Assembly: GCA_963925545.1 (NCBI GenBank)
Contig: CAWUSA010000005.1
Coordinates: 22,472 to 86,471, forward strand
DNA: 64,000 bases
Direction: 5' to 3'
DNA from: an uncultured Flavobacteriales bacterium
GTDB lineage: Bacteria > Bacteroidota > Bacteroidia > Flavobacteriales > Schleiferiaceae
In this document: piece after piece, positions 41,523 to 49,606 of the stretch
How the letters are laid out: each line of letters begins with the position of its first letter
Position numbering within the stretch: position 1 is the stretch's first letter
The notes under the pieces: generated by a model
Told to the model about the DNA's origin: nothing
What the model saw: only the letters and a program-made list of their open reading frames with translations
The model's database searches: none
Program-made: the position numbers and the translations under genes

Positions 41523-42458
41523 ATGATGAAAAAGATAATAATTGGATTCTCGAGCTTGATTGTGCTCGTTATTGTAACGTTATACTTTACAACCAGGCCG
41601 CAAGTAGAAGATGACGGGTCGTATAAGCCTTCAGCGCTGGCTCTCAATTTGACGACTGTCTCCAAATCGGATTTTGAAGACGTTTCATATACTAAATATC
41701 AAGGAGTCAAATCAAAGGTTTTGGTGATTTTCACTGAGCAAAAAAACCTATTGATGAAGAATGGTAAAATGTTTTCTACAGGAAACAACCCCATAGAGTC
41801 ACTACTGCCAATGTTGCATCTTAAAAATGCTGGTTTTGACTTTGAAATAGTTACTCCTACCGGAAAGCCTGTTGTGTTTGAGATGTGGGGGTTCCCACAA
41901 GAGGATGAGCATGTAAACGCTATTTACAATGAGTACAAATCAAACTTTGAGCACCCTAAGAGGTTGGCAGACTTCATTAATACTTCATTTCCTGATATTG
42001 ATTCTTATGCTGCTGTATTTGTGCCTGGCGGGCATGGAGCAATGCTTGGTATTCCCGAAGACAGAAACGTTGATAGCGTATTGCGTTGGGCTCATAAAAA
42101 TGATTTATTCACCATCACTCTTTGTCATGGGCAGGGCGCGTTGTTGTCTACCACCCTGGATGATCAGGAATTTCTTTACGATGGCTACAGGATGGCTGTA
42201 TTCCCTGACGCTATAGATGAAATGACTCCAATGATTGGCTATTTACCAGGATATATGACATCCGGTTTGAGTGAAAAGCTGAAAAGCCTTGGGGCCACTA
42301 TTGTAAACACCGAAGCAGACAATACCGTTTGCATAGACAGAAAATTAATTACGGGAGCAAGCCCGCTGGCATCTAATGAGTTAGGAAAGCTTGCTGCAAA
42401 CACTTTACTGAAAGAGCTTGTCTATGGTGTAGGTGAAGCGGCGGCTGGATACAGGTAG
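41523..42458 (+). CDS. hchA: HchA/Hsp31-type glyoxalase III / protein deglycase (DJ-1/PfpI superfamily) with an N-terminal membrane anchor
   Basis: Aligns by eye with E. coli HchA over most of its length (FSTGN.PIE.LLP, VFVPGGHGA, CHG with the nucleophile Cys, ITG.SP.A.N.LGKLAA). It has an extra N-terminal MMKKIIIGFSSLIVLVIVTLYF. Confidence 0.85.
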   Translation: MMKKIIIGFSSLIVLVIVTLYFTTRPQVEDDGSYKPSALALNLTTVSKSDFEDVSYTKYQGVKSKVLVIFTEQKNLLMKNGKMFSTGNNPIESLLPMLHLKNAGFDFEIVTPTGKPVVFEMWGFPQEDEHVNAIYNEYKSNFEHPKRLADFINTSFPDIDSYAAVFVPGGHGAMLGIPEDRNVDSVLRWAHKNDLFTITLCHGQGALLSTTLDDQEFLYDGYRMAVFPDAIDEMTPMIGYLPGYMTSGLSEKLKSLGATIVNTEADNTVCIDRKLITGASPLASNELGKLAANTLLKELVYGVGEAAAGYR

Positions 42459-42509
42459 GCACGGTGGCTCAGGTCGACTGATGGACCCGGTCCGAAGGAA
42501 AAAATCAAG

Positions 42510-42538
42510 AAAGCCTGTTCTTTGGAGGGGGCTTTTTT
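42510..42538 (+). terminator. Probable intrinsic terminator after hchA
   Basis: AAAGCC..(loop)..GGCTTT followed by a run of six T's in total. The inner pairing is ambiguous. Confidence 0.5.
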
Positions 42539-42622
42539 GTTTACAAATACCGAGGGTTCTGATCTGGGATACATGGAGCTTAGGAGCACTCCGGGTTTTT
42601 GAGAAATCCTACTCTTGTTGCG

Positions 42623-42742
42623 TTATTGACTGACTTCATTAAAAAGTTGTGTCCACGCACTCGCGTATGCGTAAACGAGCAAGCCAACAAGAACAGCTAC
42701 TCCGGCAACCTCTAGGTACTTCTCAATTTTGATTTTTTTCAT
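42623..42742 (-). CDS. Possible 39-aa single-TM peptide (below the track's size cutoff)
   Basis: ATG at 42742 to TAA at 42623, translating to MKKIKIEKYLEVAGVAVLVGLLVYAYASAWTQLFNEVSQ. Found by hand translation. There is no homology or promoter support. Confidence 0.25.
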   Translation of the reverse strand: MKKIKIEKYLEVAGVAVLVGLLVYAYASAWTQLFNEVSQ

Positions 42743-42821
42743 GATATTGCGCTCTTTGTTCAATGCTTGTTTACACTAAGGTAGTGCTACTGGGGTTTTT
42801 TATAAGATGACCTCTGGGCAG

Positions 42822-42829
42822 TATCTTTG
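42822..42829 (+). promoter_or_regulatory. -7 promoter box TATCTTTG
   Basis: Matches TAnnTTTG. 26 nt separate the box from ATG 42856. Confidence 0.45.
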
Positions 42830-42855
42830 GCGCTTAATCTTTCAATAAGCCAACC

Positions 42856-44394
42856 ATGGACGCTCAAACACGCAACGCCTATTTTTCTCAACTTGGACTC
42901 AAAGAAAACAACCCAGGCACCTGGATTGGTAATGAGTCCAGTCAGTCCGACCAGTGGATTGCTAGTCATTCACCTGTTGACGGAAGCTTGATTGGTTCTG
43001 TGTCTGAAAGCAGCAAAGAGGATTATGATCGTGCCATGTCTGCCGCCCTTGAGTCCCAGTTGGCGTGGCGAACGGTTCCCGCTCCAGAGCGCGGTGAGGC
43101 TGTGCGGATATTTGGCAACAAATTGCGTGAAAATAAAAACGCCCTTGGCGCCCTGGTTAGTTATGAAATGGGCAAATCCTACCAGGAAGGTTTAGGTGAG
43201 GTTCAAGAGATGATCGATATCTGTGATTACGCCGTGGGTCTGTCCAGACAATTGACTGGTTTAACAATCAAAAGCGAGCGCCCTGACCATTTCATGATGG
43301 AGCAGTGGCACCCTTTAGGTGTTGTTGGCATTATTTCAGCATTCAATTTTCCTGTAGCTGTATGGGCCTGGAACGCAACTGTTGCTTGGGTTTGTGGTAA
43401 TGCTTGTATTTGGAAAGCTAGCGAGAAGGTGCCTTTGTGTGCCGTCGCTTGCCAGCATATTTGGAATGAGGTCAGTGAAGAGTTGGGCTTACCAAAAGGA
43501 TTAAGCACCATCGTTACTGGTGGTAGAGAGCTGGGTGAGTTAATGACCAACGATAAACGCGTAGCGCTGGTGTCCGCCACGGGGTCTATCCGCATGGGTC
43601 GCGAGGTTGCGGCAATAGTGGGTCGTCGCTTGGGCAAAAGTATTTTGGAACTGGGAGGCAACAACGCCATCATTGTGGCACCAACGGCTGATTTAAAAAT
43701 GACCGTCACCGCCGCTGTGTTTGGCGCTATCGGTACAGCGGGTCAGCGCTGCACTAGCACACGCCGATTAATTATACACAGCAGTATCTACGATAAGGTT
43801 ATGGACGCTATTGTTAACGCTTACAAGCAAGTGAAAATTGGCAGCCCATTGGATGAAAGCAACCACATGGGTCCGTTAATTGACAAGGATGCAGTGGATT
43901 CGTATTTAACCTCTCTTAAGCGCGTAGAAGAGGCTGGGGGCACTTTCCTTGTAAAGGGTGGTGTGCTGAGTGGTGAGGGTTATGAAAGTGGCTGTTACGT
44001 CAGCCCATCCATTGCTGAGGCTGACAACGGTTGGGCTATTGTTCAGCATGAAACCTTTGCTCCATTATTGTATGTGATGAAGTACCAGAATATGGAAGAG
44101 GCTGTTGCTTTACAAAATGGCGTACCTCAAGGTTTAAGCTCAGCAATTATGACCAGTGACATGGCTGAGTCTCACCGCTTTCTAGCTTCTGCTGGATCAG
44201 ATTGTGGTATTGCTAATGTCAATATTGGAACAAGTGGTGCTGAAATTGGTGGTGCCTTTGGTGGAGAAAAAGACACCGGTGGTGGCCGTGAAAGTGGTTC
44301 TGATGCTTGGAAGGCATATATGCGCCGTCAAACCAATACCATGAATTATGGCACAGACCTACCTTTAGCTCAAGGTATTGTTTTCAACATTTGA
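42856..44394 (+). CDS. Aldehyde dehydrogenase, ALDH7 / aminoadipate-semialdehyde (piperideine-6-carboxylate) dehydrogenase-like
   Basis: 512 aa. Catalytic Glu in ELGGNNA and Cys in GTAGQRCTS. The N-terminal LGLKE.NPG context is typical of the ALDH7 group. Confidence 0.85.
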   Translation: MDAQTRNAYFSQLGLKENNPGTWIGNESSQSDQWIASHSPVDGSLIGSVSESSKEDYDRAMSAALESQLAWRTVPAPERGEAVRIFGNKLRENKNALGALVSYEMGKSYQEGLGEVQEMIDICDYAVGLSRQLTGLTIKSERPDHFMMEQWHPLGVVGIISAFNFPVAVWAWNATVAWVCGNACIWKASEKVPLCAVACQHIWNEVSEELGLPKGLSTIVTGGRELGELMTNDKRVALVSATGSIRMGREVAAIVGRRLGKSILELGGNNAIIVAPTADLKMTVTAAVFGAIGTAGQRCTSTRRLIIHSSIYDKVMDAIVNAYKQVKIGSPLDESNHMGPLIDKDAVDSYLTSLKRVEEAGGTFLVKGGVLSGEGYESGCYVSPSIAEADNGWAIVQHETFAPLLYVMKYQNMEEAVALQNGVPQGLSSAIMTSDMAESHRFLASAGSDCGIANVNIGTSGAEIGGAFGGEKDTGGGRESGSDAWKAYMRRQTNTMNYGTDLPLAQGIVFNI

Positions 44395-44734
44395 TTATAA
44401 TATTAACATACCCTTTAAAGTACTTAGTATATATAATGGTCGGTTGATAAGAGGTATAACTTGTTTTATGAAAAGCTTGATTTGAGATGTTAACAAGGTG
44501 TCAACAGGTTGTTCACAACAGTTTTTGTTTTAACCCTTTGATAGCTAATTCATTGTTTAAAAAAGCTTGAAACCCTTGAAACCCTATTTAACCATCAATG
44601 GCTCATAACATTAATGAATGAACCCTGTTGAAAAAGGCAATACCTTCGGCTTATAACTTGTTCAAATCAACTGAAAAGTCAGGTATTCAACCAAGCATTT
44701 ACTTTTATTCACAAAATATTAACACGCTATTAAC
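44395..44734. other. 340-nt AT-rich, repeat-dense intergenic spacer
   Basis: It contains TGT[TC][AC]ACA x3 phased at 11 bp (44488, 44499, 44510). It also has AACCCT x4, AAAAGCTTGA x2, TATAACTTGTT x2 and TATTAACA x3. No ORF longer than 8 codons was found. Confidence 0.6.
44700..44707 (+). promoter_or_regulatory. -7-like promoter box TACTTTTA for rpiB
   Basis: One mismatch to TAnnTTTG (final A). 27 nt separate the box from ATG 44735, the same spacing as the other boxes. Confidence 0.35.
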
Positions 44735-45172
44735 ATGCTATCAACCATTGCAATCGGATCCGATCATGCCGGCTTTCATTTGAAGGCTAAAATAATTGAA
44801 GTACTTAATAATCAAGGTATTAAAACTATAGATAAAGGTTGTTACAGTGAAGAATCTGTTGATTACCCAGATATAGCACATGGTGTTGTAGATGAAATTT
44901 ATACAAAGAAAGCTTCACGGGGTATTGTTATTTGTGGTTCAGGTAATGGAATCAATATGAGTGCCAATAAACATGCTTTTATTCGCAGTGCTTTATGTTG
45001 GGAACCAGAAATTGCAAGCTTAGCTGTACAGCATAACAACGCTAATGTATTAGCCCTGCCCGCAAGGTTTATTTCTGAATCAAAAGCACTTGAATGTTTA
45101 CAAGATTTTATATCTAGTAAATTTGAAGGAGGTCGTCATGAACGCCGTGTCGGTAAAATTAGTCCGTGTTAG
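44735..45172 (+). CDS. rpiB: Ribose-5-phosphate isomerase B
   Basis: 145 aa. Motifs IAIGSDHAGFHLK and ICGSGNGI. Confidence 0.9.
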   Translation: MLSTIAIGSDHAGFHLKAKIIEVLNNQGIKTIDKGCYSEESVDYPDIAHGVVDEIYTKKASRGIVICGSGNGINMSANKHAFIRSALCWEPEIASLAVQHNNANVLALPARFISESKALECLQDFISSKFEGGRHERRVGKISPC

Positions 45173-45214
45173 GTTTATTGTTTATCACACAATAAAAAAC
45201 AAAATACAGATACT

Positions 45215-45679
45215 ATGACCGTAACCCTGGATGACTCTACTATTGATACTATCCTACTTAAAGGTGTTGATACCCGTGATTTAAATCAATGGTTGTCTGC
45301 GTCTATTAAGGATCAAGGCTACCTTTTACAGGACATCGCTATTCAATTAGTCAGTGATGAACAACTACTTAAAGCTAACCAAACCTTTCTTTCTCACGAC
45401 ACCTATACGGACGTTATTACATTTGATCGTTCTCGAGAGCATCGTATTCTCGGAGATATTATGATAAGTATGGATCGCGTGGTAGCTAACGCTAACGAAT
45501 TAAAAGTAAGTGTAGATAAAGAGCTACACCGCATGGTAATCCACGGAGCACTCCACCTGTGTGGTTACGTTGATACTTCACAAGAAGAGCGGTCTCATAT
45601 GCATGATTTAGAGAATAATTACCTATCACAACACCCCAACTGTTCCACGTGGAACATTAATAGCAAGAAGGATGAATAA
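45215..45679 (+). CDS. ybeY: rRNA maturation endoribonuclease YbeY
   Basis: 154 aa. Zinc motif HGALHLCGYVD. Confidence 0.9.
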   Translation: MTVTLDDSTIDTILLKGVDTRDLNQWLSASIKDQGYLLQDIAIQLVSDEQLLKANQTFLSHDTYTDVITFDRSREHRILGDIMISMDRVVANANELKVSVDKELHRMVIHGALHLCGYVDTSQEERSHMHDLENNYLSQHPNCSTWNINSKKDE

Positions 45680-47528
45680 TTATGATGTTATTGTTATTGG
45701 TGGTGGTCACGCGGGCTGTGAAGCAGCCGCCTCTGCTGCACGAATGGGTAGTAAAACCTTACTGGTTACTATGAACCTGCAAACCATTGGTCAAATGAGC
45801 TGTAACCCAGCAATGGGAGGTGTTGCTAAGGGACAAATTGTAAGAGAGATTGATGCTTTGGGTGGATTTTCAGGAAAAATTGCAGACAAAACAGCCATCC
45901 AGTTTCGCATGTTAAACCGAAGTAAGGGCGCTGCCATGTGGTCTCCTAGGGTACAGAGTGATCGCATGCAGTTTGCAACCATGTGGAGAGAAACGCTGGA
46001 ATCCATTGAGTCTTTAGATTTCATTCAAGGGACGGCAGTAAGTCTACTGGTTGAAAAGAATGCCATTAGCGGCGTCACCTTATCTAATGGTCAAAACATG
46101 CATGCCTCGTCAGTGATACTTACCTCTGGCACTTTTTTGAATGGGGTAATTCATGTTGGAGAAAACCAGTATTCAGGAGGTCGCAGTGGTGAAATTGCTG
46201 CCACAGGCATTACAGCCTCACTCATTGAATTAGGCTTTGCTGTTGGGCGGATGAAAACAGGGACCCCGCCGCGCATCGATGGCAGAAGCTTAGATTATAC
46301 GAAGTTCACGGAACAGCCTGGCGACGAGGACCCAAGAACATTTGCTTTTCATGGAACAAATAGGCTAACCAAGCAGCGCTCCTGTTGGTTATCAGCGACC
46401 AATGAAAACGCGCACGATATTATGCGTGAAGCCTTTGATCGTTCCCCATTATTTAATGGGGCCATTCAAAGTTCCGGCCCCCGGTATTGCCCCTCCGTTG
46501 AAGATAAAATTAACCGATTTACAGACAAAACGTCCCACCAAATGTTTATTGAGCCAGAGGGGTGGAGCACTGTAGAAATGTATATCAATGGATTCAGTAC
46601 ATCGTTACCAGAGGAAATTCAACACCGCGCTTTGCGCAGCATCCCAGGGTTTGAGCGGGCCAAGTTTTTTCGTCCCGGCTATGCTGTTGAGTACGATTAT
46701 TTCCCACCAACACAATTGAGCCACAGCTTAGAAACACACCTAGTTAATGGTTTGTTTTTTGCGGGGCAAATCAATGGCACAACTGGCTATGAAGAGGCTG
46801 CCTGCCAGGGGTTGATGGCTGGCATTAATGCTCATGCTAGATCAAAGAACATAGCACCCACTATCCTCGACCGAAGCCAAGCTTATATTGGTGTTTTGAT
46901 CGATGATTTAATAACTAAAGGAACCGACGAGCCCTACCGCATGTTTACTTCCCGCGCAGAGTTCAGGCTAAGCCTAAGACAGGACAACGCAGACCAGCGC
47001 CTGACAGCTATTGGTCGGTCCCTGGGCCTGATTGATGACGATCAGTGGTCAGCTTTTGAGCTGAAAATGTCACGTATTGAGACGGCGTCAACCTGGTTGA
47101 AATCACAAAAAGTAACGACCAATTCAGTCAACAAAATGCTTGTTTCTAAAGGATCCTCCCCGATTAAACAACAAATGCCAGCCGTTGACCTAGCCACCAG
47201 GCCCCAACTCTCATTAATGGATGTGATTGCTTGCCTAGACCCAGTTGACAAAGAGGATTTCAATCAAGAAGAGGTTTGGGAAGACATCGCGACAAACCTG
47301 AAGTATGCAGGCTACATAGCTAAAGAGCAAGATCAAGTTGATAAACTAAAGCGGATGGAGTCCATGAAAATACCTAAGCTTTTTGCCTACAAAGAAATCA
47401 CAGCCCTTAGTCACGAGGCCCGCCAAAAACTCAGCAACCATCAACCAGCCACCATTGGACACGCGTCACGAATTTCTGGGGTTTCTCCCGCAGACATTCA
47501 GGTTTTGCTTGTGCACTTAGGGCGTTAA
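45672..47528 (+). CDS. mnmG: tRNA uridine 5-carboxymethylaminomethyl modification enzyme MnmG (GidA)
   Basis: 618 aa. FAD motif YDVIVIGGGHAGCEAA. 8-nt overlap with ybeY. Confidence 0.93.
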   Translation: MNNYDVIVIGGGHAGCEAAASAARMGSKTLLVTMNLQTIGQMSCNPAMGGVAKGQIVREIDALGGFSGKIADKTAIQFRMLNRSKGAAMWSPRVQSDRMQFATMWRETLESIESLDFIQGTAVSLLVEKNAISGVTLSNGQNMHASSVILTSGTFLNGVIHVGENQYSGGRSGEIAATGITASLIELGFAVGRMKTGTPPRIDGRSLDYTKFTEQPGDEDPRTFAFHGTNRLTKQRSCWLSATNENAHDIMREAFDRSPLFNGAIQSSGPRYCPSVEDKINRFTDKTSHQMFIEPEGWSTVEMYINGFSTSLPEEIQHRALRSIPGFERAKFFRPGYAVEYDYFPPTQLSHSLETHLVNGLFFAGQINGTTGYEEAACQGLMAGINAHARSKNIAPTILDRSQAYIGVLIDDLITKGTDEPYRMFTSRAEFRLSLRQDNADQRLTAIGRSLGLIDDDQWSAFELKMSRIETASTWLKSQKVTTNSVNKMLVSKGSSPIKQQMPAVDLATRPQLSLMDVIACLDPVDKEDFNQEEVWEDIATNLKYAGYIAKEQDQVDKLKRMESMKIPKLFAYKEITALSHEARQKLSNHQPATIGHASRISGVSPADIQVLLVHLGR

Positions 47529-47544
47529 TGTTTCACGTGAAACA
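47529..47544. promoter_or_regulatory. 16-bp perfect palindrome TGTTTCACGTGAAACA
   Basis: It fills the gap between the mnmG stop (47526-47528) and the next ATG (47547). Confidence 0.5.
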
Positions 47545-47546
47545 CC

Positions 47547-48449
47547 ATGAAGACAATCAACCACTGCCCCATTTGCCACAACGAGTCAACCAGCGATGAT
47601 TTGTTGGTGAAAGACCACATGGTCAGCAAAGAAAGCTTTCATATAGTGACGTGCTCAAGGTGTCAGCTTCAGCGGACCTCTCCTAGGCCTGAGTCGATTG
47701 CCGCCTATTACGAGTCAGACGATTATCTCAGTCATTCGTCAGACGCTGAGGGCTTGTTTGCCAAACTCTATGGAGTCTTGCGCTTGTGGGCGGCAAGCAA
47801 AAAAGTCAATTTCCTTGAAAAACAGATGGCTATTTCTGGGCGCAGAGCCCGACTAATGGATGTTGGTTGCGGAATAGGTGTTTTTTTGGAGAAAGCAAAA
47901 TCAAGGAAATTAGATGTTTTTGGGGTAGAATTGAGTGATTTAGCGCGAAAACAGGCAGAAAAACGTCTAAATCAGTTGGTTTTTGCCAATTTAGATGATG
48001 TGGTTTTAGGCCAAACACTGACAAGCCCTCTGGACGGAGTCAGCCTTTTTCACGTCCTAGAACACCTTCCAGACCCCACAGAAACCCTAAGAAAACTGCA
48101 CGACATAACAACGAAAGAGGCCGTGGTTGTTTTAGGGCTTCCTAATCCAGAGTCTTGGGACGCCAAACACTATGGGCCACACTGGGCCGCGTGGGATGTG
48201 CCGATCCACTTCTGGCACTTTACTAAGGGAAACGTTAAAGAACTGGCTTCGAGGACCGGCTGGTCTCTTGACTCAGTTCACCCCATGCCTTTGGATGCTT
48301 TTTACGTGAGCCTGCTTTCAGAACGATTCAAGGGGCGCAAGGGTGTTCTGGCCTGGTTTTTTGCTGTTTGTGTTGGCGCCTACTCAAACATTCGTGGCGG
48401 CAGACAGAACGCAAGCAGCTTGCTGTATGTGCTCAGAAAGCCTTCATAA
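47547..48449 (+). CDS. Class I SAM-dependent methyltransferase with N-terminal CxxC...CxxC zinc ribbon
   Basis: CPICHN...CSRCQL, then SAM motif I LMDVGCGIGVFL. Confidence 0.8.
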   Translation: MKTINHCPICHNESTSDDLLVKDHMVSKESFHIVTCSRCQLQRTSPRPESIAAYYESDDYLSHSSDAEGLFAKLYGVLRLWAASKKVNFLEKQMAISGRRARLMDVGCGIGVFLEKAKSRKLDVFGVELSDLARKQAEKRLNQLVFANLDDVVLGQTLTSPLDGVSLFHVLEHLPDPTETLRKLHDITTKEAVVVLGLPNPESWDAKHYGPHWAAWDVPIHFWHFTKGNVKELASRTGWSLDSVHPMPLDAFYVSLLSERFKGRKGVLAWFFAVCVGAYSNIRGGRQNASSLLYVLRKPS

Positions 48450-49551
48450 TGCATAACGACATGTCATAAAGCACAACCTTGGCGTTGAGATTGCGTCGGA
48501 TGTCGGTTTGCGCTTCCGAGAGCTGTTGGTGCATCAAGAACATCCCCTCAGTGCTGAGCAGTGAGGTGAACCCTTTGGCTTTGAATGAAATATCAGGGAA
48601 CCAGTCAAAGACAGGGCGAAAGTCTAAACCATGCTTGAGCCGGCCCAACTGGGATAGTAGCCCGCCAGACAAGCGCAAGAAGGCCGCCAACTCTTCCCGT
48701 GTCCACGCAGCCATGCTATCGGACCAAGCGAGCAACGCTACCGGATCCTGTTTGTATGCTAAGCGCATCAACTGAACAAAGGCGGCCACCGGTCTCGCAA
48801 GCCCATCTCGGTTGCTTAGGTAATCTAAAGCCAGCCCCGGCGAGGCCATACTTAACTCTTCCAGTAAGGCTGCCTGTTCGTGGCTGATATTTTGTGAATC
48901 AATCAACCACTGTGACAGCTGTTTTGCTGGGGGAATGAAAACTTGCTGGCACCGACTAACAATGGTTCCTAAGACCTGTTCAGGGTCGTGACTGATAAGG
49001 ATGATTGCTACGTGTGCCGAGGGCTCCTCAAAGGTTTTAAGAAGCCGGTTGGCTGCCTGGGTATTCAAGCGCTCCGGCATCCAAAGGATGATGACTTTTC
49101 TTGAAGACATCATAGGCTTTGTAGACAGCCATTGGGTCAGCGCATGTGCTTCAAATGCGGTAATTAGCAAGGATTTTTTATCTGCAGACAGGTGCTGTTG
49201 CCACGCGCTCAAAAGCGGAAACTCATTGGCCTTTTTAAACTCCCTAAACAGCCCATGGGTTGGGGCGTCAATACCTACATCCTTTTTTTTGCTTTGTGCG
49301 CTTAAATGGGGATAGCTCAAGCGAAGGTCTGGGTGGGTCAGGTTCTCTGTTTGAACGCAATTAGCGCAGCGACCACAAGCCCCTAAAGCCTCGCCGCACA
49401 GCAGATGCTTTGCGTAAAGCAGGGCCGCAGCCCACAGCAGACCACCCTCTTGGCCGTGAAGTAGTTGTGTACCAGGAACCCGGCCCGAGAAGGCTGAATC
49501 AACCCACTGTTTGCTGGGTTCCGTGAATAATTCCAAGATGGACGCAGACAT
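48433..49551 (-). CDS. holB: DNA polymerase III subunit delta'
   Basis: 372 aa from ATG 49551. LLHGQEGGL.., a Cys cluster CGRCANC, and AAN.LLKTFEEP. Confidence 0.8.
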   Translation of the reverse strand: MSASILELFTEPSKQWVDSAFSGRVPGTQLLHGQEGGLLWAAALLYAKHLLCGEALGACGRCANCVQTENLTHPDLRLSYPHLSAQSKKKDVGIDAPTHGLFREFKKANEFPLLSAWQQHLSADKKSLLITAFEAHALTQWLSTKPMMSSRKVIILWMPERLNTQAANRLLKTFEEPSAHVAIILISHDPEQVLGTIVSRCQQVFIPPAKQLSQWLIDSQNISHEQAALLEELSMASPGLALDYLSNRDGLARPVAAFVQLMRLAYKQDPVALLAWSDSMAAWTREELAAFLRLSGGLLSQLGRLKHGLDFRPVFDWFPDISFKAKGFTSLLSTEGMFLMHQQLSEAQTDIRRNLNAKVVLYDMSLCIMKAF

Positions 49552-49569
49552 AGAGCTAAGGTAACAACC

Positions 49570-49577
49570 TACCTTTG
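49570..49577 (+). promoter_or_regulatory. -7 promoter box TACCTTTG for pgk
   Basis: Matches TAnnTTTG. 29 nt separate the box from ATG 49607. Confidence 0.45.
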
Positions 49578-49606
49578 AAGCAAGCAACCGCAAAGCCAAT
49601 AAAAGC

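Noticed and set aside
38989-42458. A tRNA-Cys-integrated genomic island or integrative element.
   Set aside because: I could find no integrase, excisionase, mobilisation gene or direct repeat of the tRNA 3' end at either 42.4-42.9 kb or 44.4-44.7 kb. The low-GC block also extends into core genes. Only the compositional discontinuity is reported.
44395-44734. Calling the AT-rich spacer next to mnmG the chromosomal origin (oriC).
   Set aside because: Only one exact TTATNCACA box and one single-mismatch box were found, and the exact one overlaps the rpiB promoter element. dnaA and dnaN are not nearby. I cannot compute GC skew here. It is kept as a low-probability alternative in the findings, not as a feature call.
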